NCBI GenBank assembly: GCA_036520635.1
Contig: DATDJH010000056.1
Location: forward strand, 1-35,481
Direction: 5' to 3'
Length of the DNA stretch: 35,481 nucleotides
Source: Acidimicrobiia bacterium
GTDB lineage: Bacteria; Actinomycetota; Acidimicrobiia; Spongiisociales; ZC4RG35
Part shown: positions 23,976 through 30,985 of the stretch, one piece after another
Layout of the letters: each line of letters starts with the position of its first letter
How positions within the stretch are numbered: position 1 is the stretch's first letter
Position numbers and translations under genes: made by a program
Notes under the pieces: model-generated
The model's database searches: none
Seen by the model: the letters and a program-made list of their open reading frames with translations, nothing else
Told to the model about the DNA's origin: nothing

Positions 23976-25628
23976 ATGACCTCGACGGTCGCCCCACTTC
24001 GGATCGAGTCGTTCCGCACGCTCTGGATCGCATCCCTCGTCTCGAACGTGGGCAGCCTGATCCAGACCGTCGCCGCCAACTGGCTCATGTTCGAGATGAC
24101 CCACTCCAACACCTGGGTGGGGCTGATGGTCGCCTCGAGCACCCTGCCCCTTCTCTTTCTCGCCCTGGCGGCGGGGGCCCTGGCCGACATGTTCGACCGA
24201 ACCAAGTTGATGCTGATCTCACAGGTCATCATGGGCGGCTCGGCGCTCGCCATGGCGATACTCACCGCCACCGACCTGATCACACCGGGCTGGCTGCTTG
24301 GCCTCGGGCTGATCCTGGGCACCGGGGTGGCGCTCAACCTGCCCACCTGGAACGCCCTGCTCCCCGACCTCGTGCCCCGGCTGATGATTCCCAACGCGGT
24401 GGCGCTCAATTCGGCGGGTTTCAACGTGGCCCGGGCCATCGGGCCCGCCATCGGCGGGCTCATTGTCGCCACCCTCGGCGCCCAAGCCGGCTTCGCGATC
24501 AATGCCCTCAGCTACGCCGCAGTGGTCGTGGCTCTGCTCATGATCGGCCGCTCGATCAACAGTCCGATCCGGGAGAGCACCTCGTTCGGGACCGCGATCA
24601 GCCTTGGAGTCCGCTATGCCCGCTACACGCCGGTGTTCCGACGTCTCTTGCTGCTGGTGGCCCTGTTCGCCATCACCTCGGCCGTGGTGCAGTCGGTCCT
24701 GCCGGGACGAACCGAGGCACTGGGCGGTGAAGCTGGGGCTCTCGGCGCATTGCTGGCGGCGATGGGTGCCGGTGCCTTGTTGGGAGCCTTTGTCCGCCAG
24801 CGGTTTGTCGGACGTTTGGGGAGAAGGGCTCCGATGGCGACGATCACCCTTTTCGGCGTCGCGGGAATCGGGGTCGGTTTGGCGCCCAACCTCGCCTGGG
24901 CATTCGTGGCGATGTTCTTCTCCGGGGCGTTCTGGGTGCTCACCCTCACCAATCTCAACGCCACCGCCCAACTCATGGCGCCGCACTGGATTCGAGGCCG
25001 GGCAATGTCGTTCTACACCTTGGCGTTTGGGGGGGTCCTCCCCCTGGGCGCGATCCTGGCAGGGATCGTCGCCGACGCCATCGGCACCGGGCAGGCGATG
25101 GTCGTCCTCTCCCTGGGAACGGTCGCCTTGGGCCTGGCATCGCCTGCGTTCAAGCTGCCCACCCTCGATGAGGTGGAGTCGCCCGAGTTCAACGAGGAGC
25201 GGATCCCGCCAGTTCACGAAGAGATCGCGGAGGGTGGTCCGGTGATGATTCTCAACACCTGGACCATCGATGAGGGCGACTTCGCCGAGTTCACCGATTT
25301 GATGAATGAAATCCGTCTGGTTCGTCTCAGAACCGGGGCTTACCAATGGAGCCTGTTCCGGAACGCCTCGACCCCGACCCGGCTCACCGAGATGTTCGCC
25401 ACCGGGTCTTGGGAGGAGCATCTCGCACAGCACCGGCGCATCGACGACGCCTCGGCCGCCCTGATCGCCAAGGCCCGGGCCTTCGACCGGGCCGACGGAC
25501 CGGTCACCCGGCACCTGATCGCGATCGATGTCGAAGACCCGCCCAACTTCGACGAACTGCTGCTCACCCACGAGCAGATGCACCAAACCGATGGATCGAT
25601 CCCAACCATGGTGGAGCAAGAGAACTAG
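23976..25628 (+). CDS. MFS transporter (MFS_3/EntS-like) fused to a C-terminal ~130-aa soluble ABM-like domain
   Basis: ATG at 23976 gives 'MTSTVAPLRIESFRTLWIASLVSNVG', a typical MFS_3 N-terminus. About 12 TM segments follow. The tail from about aa 425 is soluble: 'MILNTWTIDEGDFAEF...WSLFRN...EMF..GSWEEHLAQH'. Confidence 0.85.
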   Translation: MTSTVAPLRIESFRTLWIASLVSNVGSLIQTVAANWLMFEMTHSNTWVGLMVASSTLPLLFLALAAGALADMFDRTKLMLISQVIMGGSALAMAILTATDLITPGWLLGLGLILGTGVALNLPTWNALLPDLVPRLMIPNAVALNSAGFNVARAIGPAIGGLIVATLGAQAGFAINALSYAAVVVALLMIGRSINSPIRESTSFGTAISLGVRYARYTPVFRRLLLLVALFAITSAVVQSVLPGRTEALGGEAGALGALLAAMGAGALLGAFVRQRFVGRLGRRAPMATITLFGVAGIGVGLAPNLAWAFVAMFFSGAFWVLTLTNLNATAQLMAPHWIRGRAMSFYTLAFGGVLPLGAILAGIVADAIGTGQAMVVLSLGTVALGLASPAFKLPTLDEVESPEFNEERIPPVHEEIAEGGPVMILNTWTIDEGDFAEFTDLMNEIRLVRLRTGAYQWSLFRNASTPTRLTEMFATGSWEEHLAQHRRIDDASAALIAKARAFDRADGPVTRHLIAIDVEDPPNFDELLLTHEQMHQTDGSIPTMVEQEN

Positions 25629-26299
25629 CGGGTGAAAGCCATCTCGCGCTTGTACTTCTTCCAGTCCGACGCCTTCGTAGACCAGAAAACATCTGTGACC
25701 AGCTGGCCAATGCCGACCACAACCAGCACCCACACCACCCACGAAGGCACTCCAGCGGCCAGTGCGGCGCCGATCAGCGCGAACGGAACGATCTTGGTGA
25801 CAATCGCCCCCGAGGCGTGCATCCAGGCCCGCGACTTCGCCGGGACTCGCAAGTAGCTGGCGTAGTCGACCTTGACGCCCGGCTGGGGGCGGCGAATCGA
25901 GCCAACAAACCATCGAGTGAAGCGAATCCCCAGGAAGGCTCCGACCACGAGGTGGCCGAGACTGTGGGTAGTGACCAGGAGCGCCCCGAAACCAAACAGA
26001 AAGGCGATCCCAGCGGAGGTCCCGTCGAGCGAATAGGCCCAGGCGATGAGCGCAAGGCCGAGAAGGGTGCCTCCCAAGGTCAAGAGGTTCCCGATCCAGA
26101 GGGGAACGGTCAATAGCGCCCAATTTCGGAATGCGATCGAATCGATGACCCCAATCCGATCGGCGTTGGCCTCGATCAATGTCGGGTTGGCCTTCACGGC
26201 CGCCACTGCTTTCCAGAAACCAGTCGGGCCGAGCGGATCACCAGCCTTGACCGCCACTTCGGCAAGCCGCAAGGTCTCGGTGATCTCCGAGTCGTCCAC
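25625..26299 (-). CDS. Hypothetical multi-pass membrane protein (224 aa)
   Basis: The N-terminal domain of about 60 aa is soluble and is followed by 4-5 hydrophobic segments. It is divergent from the ECF sigma gene. Its stop overlaps the MFS stop (CTAG at 25625-25628). Confidence 0.55.
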   Translation of the reverse strand: MDDSEITETLRLAEVAVKAGDPLGPTGFWKAVAAVKANPTLIEANADRIGVIDSIAFRNWALLTVPLWIGNLLTLGGTLLGLALIAWAYSLDGTSAGIAFLFGFGALLVTTHSLGHLVVGAFLGIRFTRWFVGSIRRPQPGVKVDYASYLRVPAKSRAWMHASGAIVTKIVPFALIGAALAAGVPSWVVWVLVVVGIGQLVTDVFWSTKASDWKKYKREMAFTR

Positions 26300-26357
26300 T
26301 GCCCATATCTAAGTACGGTGCGACCGCTGCAACCGAATCACTGTCCCGGGTGTTCTG

Positions 26358-26879
26358 ATGACGATGGATGAGCTGACGACCGCTCTCGCCGTGGACCTCG
26401 ACCGAGCCTTCCCGGATCTGGTCAAGGATCTTGGTCCCCGGCTCTATTGGGGACTGCGCCGCATGTGTGGGGACCACCAGGAGGCCGAGGATCTGACCCA
26501 GGAGACGTTCATCAGGGCCTACAAGGCCCTGGGAGACTTCGACCGACAGCGGTTCGATGACCTTCGATTGGCCCCGTGGGTGTGGACCATTGCCCTCAAC
26601 CTTGGTCGAAACCACATCCGGGACCGATCGCGGCGGCCGCTATTCGTGGAAATCAACGACCACGGGGTGGAGGACGCCGAGCTACCGGATGAGCGAGCCT
26701 GGGATTCTCGATTTGCGGCTCTCAACCGCAACCAACGCACGGCCGTCGTTTTGCGTCACGTTGTCGGGCTCGGAATCGGGGAGATCTCGGAGACGACCGG
26801 CCGCCCCGAAGGCACGGTGAAGGCAGACATCCATCGAGGGTTGGACCGATTGCGAGAGATGATGGAGCACGAAGCATGA
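26358..26879 (+). CDS. ECF-type RNA polymerase sigma-70 family factor
   Basis: 173 aa. Region 2 reads 'EAEDLTQETFIRAYKAL' and 'PWVWTIALNLGRNHIRD'. Region 4 reads 'QRTAVVLRHVVGLGIGEISETTGRPEGTVKADIHRGLDRLRE'. Confidence 0.9.
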   Translation: MTMDELTTALAVDLDRAFPDLVKDLGPRLYWGLRRMCGDHQEAEDLTQETFIRAYKALGDFDRQRFDDLRLAPWVWTIALNLGRNHIRDRSRRPLFVEINDHGVEDAELPDERAWDSRFAALNRNQRTAVVLRHVVGLGIGEISETTGRPEGTVKADIHRGLDRLREMMEHEA

Positions 26880-27628
26880 ATATCGAACAACAACTCGAGG
26901 GCCTCGCTGGACCACTGCCTGAAGGCATCACGGAAGGGGTGGCTTTGGGCACCGGCATCGCCGACGGCTACGACTACTACGACTCGCCCGTCGGCGAGGT
27001 TGTGGTGACCTTCAATCCAAACGGCGTCTCCTCGCTTGGCCTGGCTTCGGATGACTTCGAGGGCTACTTCAACCACCGGCATGGCCGACCGCTGATCAGG
27101 GCAGAGGCGCCATCGGCATGGTCCGGGCGTATCCCCTCTGCCATCGAGGCCGGCACACCGGGCACGCTGCCTGTCGACCTGAGGTCGGTAACCGACTTTC
27201 AGGCCCGGATCCTTCGGATCGCCACCACGATTCCCAAGGGTGAGGTTCGGCCCTATGGCTGGCTGGCACGGGAGGCGGCGCGTCCGGGGGCTGCCCGCGC
27301 CGTGGGGTCGACCATGGCCCGCAATCCGATCCCCCTGATCATCCCCTGCCACCGGGTCGTTCGCTCCGACGGCACCATCGGTGCCTATTCCCTGGGCGGT
27401 CCCCACGTGAAGTGGGAGCTCCTCACCCACGAGGGCGCCGACCCGGTCCATCTCGAGGACCTGGCCGAGCACCAGGTACGGGTCCAAGGCAACAAGTCGA
27501 CCCACATCTTCTGCAACCCGACCTGTCGAGCGATTAGACGGTCCAAGCCAGAGAATGTCGTCCCCTTCAAGTCGGGGAGCGCCGCCGAGGCCTCCGGGTA
27601 TCGAGCCTGCGAGCTGTGTCGGCCCTGA
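26876..27628 (+). CDS. ogt: Methylated-DNA--protein-cysteine methyltransferase (Ogt/MGMT) with a C-terminal Ada-type Cys4 zinc domain
   Basis: The ATG overlaps the sigma stop (ATGA at 26876-26879). The N-domain 'YYDSPVGEVVVTF' resembles the MGMT N-domain. 'ATTIPKGEVRPYGWLA' and 'NPIPLIIPCHRVV' give the active site, with Cys158 at codon 27347-27349. The C-terminus 'FCNPTC-x27-CELCRP' (nt 27509-27625) matches the CX3C...CX2C of the E. coli Ada N-terminal domain. Confidence 0.85.
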   Translation: MNIEQQLEGLAGPLPEGITEGVALGTGIADGYDYYDSPVGEVVVTFNPNGVSSLGLASDDFEGYFNHRHGRPLIRAEAPSAWSGRIPSAIEAGTPGTLPVDLRSVTDFQARILRIATTIPKGEVRPYGWLAREAARPGAARAVGSTMARNPIPLIIPCHRVVRSDGTIGAYSLGGPHVKWELLTHEGADPVHLEDLAEHQVRVQGNKSTHIFCNPTCRAIRRSKPENVVPFKSGSAAEASGYRACELCRP

Positions 27629-27673
27629 TCACTTGAAACCGGCAGCCGATCTGCACGGGTACCCTCGCCGCCG

Positions 27674-29617
27674 ATGGAATCCAGCCCGGTTGAGCAGCTA
27701 GCCGTCAACACAATCAAAGCCCTGGCGATGGACGCAGTGCAGAAGGCGGACAGCGGGCATCCTGGAATGCCTATGGGCATGGCGGATATCGCTGTGGTGC
27801 TGTGGGGGCGATATCTGAACGTCGACCCGGATGATCCGGAGTGGCCGGATCGCGACCGTTTTGTGCTCTCCAACGGTCATGGCTCGATGCTGCTCTATTC
27901 CATGCTCCACCTCAGTGGCTTCCCGCTCACCCTCGATGATCTACGCAACTTCCGGCAATGGGGCAGCCACACGGCCGGTCATCCCGAAATAGACCATCGG
28001 CTCGGGATCGAAATGACTACCGGGCCCCTTGGGCAGGGGTTTGCGACAGGGGTAGGCATGGCCATCGCCGAGGCCCACCTGAGGGCGCGCCTCGGGGCGG
28101 ACCTCGTTGACCACCGGACATTCGGCTTCGTCTCCGATGGTGACCTCATGGAAGGAGTCAGCAGCGAAGCGGCGTCCCTGGCCGGTCATTTTGGCCTCGG
28201 CCGTCTGATCTACCTCTACGACAACAATCGCATCTCAATCGACGGGTCCACCGACATCACCTTTAGTGAAGACGTGGTCGCCCGATTTGATTCCATGGGG
28301 TGGCAAACCCAGGACATTGACGGGCATGACAGGGAAGCGGTAGCAGCCGCGATCGAATCCGCTCTCGAAGACGACCGTCCGTCGCTGATCTCTTGTCACA
28401 CCCATATCGCCCAAGGGGCACCCCACGCCCAGGACACTGCCGGAGCCCACGGCTCACCCCTCGGCGAGGAAGAGATCAAGTTGACCAAAGAGGCCATGGG
28501 CTTTCCGATCGACCCTCCGTTCCACGTCGAGGACGGTGTCTACGAGTTCTTCAGCGCTGCCATGAACCGGGGCCGTGACGCCCGACGGGCTTGGACGGAA
28601 CGCTTCGAATCGGCCACCACCGAGCAACGGAGTCTGTGGAGCGCGCTCCATGACCCCACACCGGTCAAGCTCGACGGGCCGGGCTTCGAAGTGGGTGGGA
28701 GCCTCGCCACCAGGGCCTCTTCATCGATGTTGTTCGGGGAGATGGCTGAGAAGGCCCCCGGGTTCATCGGTGGCGCCGCCGACCTCGCCGGCTCAACGAA
28801 GACGGTCATCGAAAAGGGCCGGCTCTTCTCTCGAGACGACCGCTCGGCCCGTGACATTCCCTTCGGCATCCGGGAGCACGCGATGGGGGCGGCCGTCAAC
28901 GGAATGGCGGTCCACGGCGGCCTCAAGCCCTACTCGGCCACCTTCTTCGTCTTTAGCGACTACCAGCGCCCGGCCGTGCGCCTGTCAGCGATCATGAGAG
29001 CGCCCTCGATCTGGGTGTACACCCATGATTCGATCTTTCTCGGGGAGGACGGGCCGACCCACCAGCCGATCGAGCACCTTGCGTCGCTGCGCGCCATGCC
29101 GAATCTCTGGGTGATACGCCCTGCTGATGCCAACGAGACCCTCCAAGCCTGGGAGGTAGCCATCAACCGGCACGATGGCCCGGTGGCCCTGGTCCTGACC
29201 CGTCAGAACCTTCCTACCCTCGACCCGGTCCCCGATGGTGTGAACCGAGGCGGGTACGCCGTTCGGGAGGGCTCCGCGGTGACGATGATCGCCACCGGGT
29301 CGGAGGTCTCCGCCGCCCTCGGCGCTGCCGAGGCACTGGCCGGAGAAGGCATCGAGGCCCGCGTGGTGAGTCTCCCCTGTTGGGAGCTGTTCTTCGAGCA
29401 GGAAAAGAGTTATCAGGACGAGGTGCTCGGCACCGCACCTCGGGTGTCGATTGAGGCGGCGGCCACTTTCGGCTGGGAACGGTTGGTCGGCGACGAGGGT
29501 CTGAGCATCGGAATCGATCGGTTCGGGGCATCGGCCCCGGACCATGTCCTCGCCAAGGAATTCGGGTTCACGCCAGATGAGATTGCCGGTCGCGTCCGCA
29601 CGTTTCTGGGTGGCTAG
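27674..29617 (+). CDS. tkt: Transketolase
   Basis: 647 aa. It contains 'SGHPGMPMGMADIA', 'DRDRFVLSNGHGSMLLYS', 'GPLGQG', 'SDGDLMEGV' and 'THDSIFLGEDGPTHQPIE'. No in-frame alternative start exists upstream. Confidence 0.95.
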   Translation: MESSPVEQLAVNTIKALAMDAVQKADSGHPGMPMGMADIAVVLWGRYLNVDPDDPEWPDRDRFVLSNGHGSMLLYSMLHLSGFPLTLDDLRNFRQWGSHTAGHPEIDHRLGIEMTTGPLGQGFATGVGMAIAEAHLRARLGADLVDHRTFGFVSDGDLMEGVSSEAASLAGHFGLGRLIYLYDNNRISIDGSTDITFSEDVVARFDSMGWQTQDIDGHDREAVAAAIESALEDDRPSLISCHTHIAQGAPHAQDTAGAHGSPLGEEEIKLTKEAMGFPIDPPFHVEDGVYEFFSAAMNRGRDARRAWTERFESATTEQRSLWSALHDPTPVKLDGPGFEVGGSLATRASSSMLFGEMAEKAPGFIGGAADLAGSTKTVIEKGRLFSRDDRSARDIPFGIREHAMGAAVNGMAVHGGLKPYSATFFVFSDYQRPAVRLSAIMRAPSIWVYTHDSIFLGEDGPTHQPIEHLASLRAMPNLWVIRPADANETLQAWEVAINRHDGPVALVLTRQNLPTLDPVPDGVNRGGYAVREGSAVTMIATGSEVSAALGAAEALAGEGIEARVVSLPCWELFFEQEKSYQDEVLGTAPRVSIEAAATFGWERLVGDEGLSIGIDRFGASAPDHVLAKEFGFTPDEIAGRVRTFLGG

Positions 29618-30973
29618 ATGACCGATTCCGCAGACGCGGTGGTGATCGGTGCCGGAGTGGCCGGTGTCTCCGCTGCCTATCACCTCGCCGTCGCCCAGGG
29701 CGCGAAGCGAGTGAAGATCGTCGACCCCCGCCCTCCGCTGACTCTCACATCGGACAAGTCAGCCGAGTGTTACCGCAATTGGTGGCCGAATTCCCCAATG
29801 GTCGAATTGATGAATCGCTCCATCGACCTGCTCGAGAAAGTGGCTGCCGAGTCGGGGAACGTGATCGGGATGAACCGCCGCGGCTATCTGTTCATCACCG
29901 CAGACGAAGCCCGTCTCCACAGCATGATCGAAGAGGCCCATCACACATCGACCCTCGGTGCCGGCACGGTAAGGATTCACCCCGGACCGATCCCCTATCG
30001 ACATTCACCGGAGGAGGGTTACGTGGGCGCCCCAGAGGGCGCGGACATCCTCATCGGCGCCGACACGATTCGGGAGCACTTCCCATTCATCACTGACAAG
30101 GCGGTTGGGGCGGTACATGTTCGACGCGCCGGGTGGCTGAGCGCCCAGCAACTCGGAGCATGGATGTTGGAACGCGCACGCCAGGACGGAGCGACCTTCG
30201 TCCAGGACGAGGTCACCGAAATAGATGTGGACGGCGGCTCGGTGACTGGGGTGGGCCTGGCCTCCGGCGACCGTATCGCAACCAAAGTCGTGGTCAACGC
30301 GGCGGGGCCGATGTCGCGATCGGTGGCCGCAATGGTTGGGGTCGCCCTCCCGGTTCTTGCCGAGGTCCACATCAAGGTCGCCTACCGAGAGCACCTTGGA
30401 GTGATCCCACGTCACGCCCCGATGTTCATTTGGAGTGACCATCAGACGGTCGACTGGACCGATGAGGAAAGGGCGGAACTGCAGGCCCAGGGCCGCCACG
30501 ATCTGCTCGGCCAGATGCCGATCTTCTGCCATGGGCGCCCCGAGGGCGGCGTCGAGTCTCCTTACCTCCTGGCCCTCTGGGAATACCACAACGAAGTCCG
30601 GGAGGATCCAGTTTGGCCGTTGCTGGATGACCCCCTCTATCCCGAGGTCGTGATGCGGGGCCTGACCACGATGGTTCCCGGATTGGCGCCCTACCTCGAC
30701 GGGCTCCCCCATTCGGTGGTCGATGGCGGCTATTACCTCAAGACCCGGGAGAACCGCCCTCTGGTCGGGCCGGCCGGGCCAGAGGGATTCTTCCTGATGG
30801 CCGGAATGTCGGGATTCGGAGTCATGGTCTCGATGGGGGCCGGAGATCTCGTTGCCCGTCACATCTCTGGCGACGAGCTGCCGGGGTACTCCCCGTCGTT
30901 CTTGCTCAGTAGATACGACGACCCGGTCTACCTCGAATCAATCGCAGACGCCGGTCGATCGGGTCAGCTCTAA
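29618..30973 (+). CDS. FAD-dependent oxidoreductase (DAO/glycine-oxidase-like family)
   Basis: 451 aa. The N-terminal 'AVVIGAGVAGVSAAYHLA' is a dinucleotide-binding GxGxxG motif. The ATG immediately follows the tkt TAG (29617/29618). Confidence 0.8.
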   Translation: MTDSADAVVIGAGVAGVSAAYHLAVAQGAKRVKIVDPRPPLTLTSDKSAECYRNWWPNSPMVELMNRSIDLLEKVAAESGNVIGMNRRGYLFITADEARLHSMIEEAHHTSTLGAGTVRIHPGPIPYRHSPEEGYVGAPEGADILIGADTIREHFPFITDKAVGAVHVRRAGWLSAQQLGAWMLERARQDGATFVQDEVTEIDVDGGSVTGVGLASGDRIATKVVVNAAGPMSRSVAAMVGVALPVLAEVHIKVAYREHLGVIPRHAPMFIWSDHQTVDWTDEERAELQAQGRHDLLGQMPIFCHGRPEGGVESPYLLALWEYHNEVREDPVWPLLDDPLYPEVVMRGLTTMVPGLAPYLDGLPHSVVDGGYYLKTRENRPLVGPAGPEGFFLMAGMSGFGVMVSMGAGDLVARHISGDELPGYSPSFLLSRYDDPVYLESIADAGRSGQL

Positions 30974-30985
30974 CCGCGATCCTGG

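Noticed and set aside
23943-24104. Longer N-terminus (265 aa) for the DLH-like gene
   Set aside because: The extension is Arg/Gly/His/Asp-rich and not DLH-like, and it would overlap the MFS coding start at 23976 by 129 nt. GTG at 23942 gives a family-typical N-terminus directly before 'GVLLLHSFWG'.
24219-26123. 634-aa minus-strand ORF
   Set aside because: It is antisense to the MFS transporter and overlaps the real membrane-protein gene in another frame. Its Arg/Gly/Pro/Asp-rich composition carries no motifs, so it is a shadow ORF. The same reasoning applies to 13266-14300(-), 3931-4695(-), 8434-9198(-), 30005-30862(-) and 32051-33325(+).
25625-26299. 'THSLGH' in a TM segment as a membrane metalloprotease (HExxH, M50/DUF3267-like) site, or the protein as the anti-sigma factor of the divergent ECF sigma
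   Set aside because: The motif lacks the catalytic Glu (HSLGH, not HExxH). The N-terminal soluble domain has no ZAS or other anti-sigma signature, and the gene is divergent rather than co-transcribed. I kept it only as a neighbour of interest in the ECF finding.
26300-26357. ECF-type autoregulatory promoter (GGAAC-N16/17-CGT) upstream of the sigma gene
   Set aside because: The only loose match is 'GCAACC' followed 16 nt later by 'GTGTTC'. This is not convincing, and it would place the TSS on top of the ATG.
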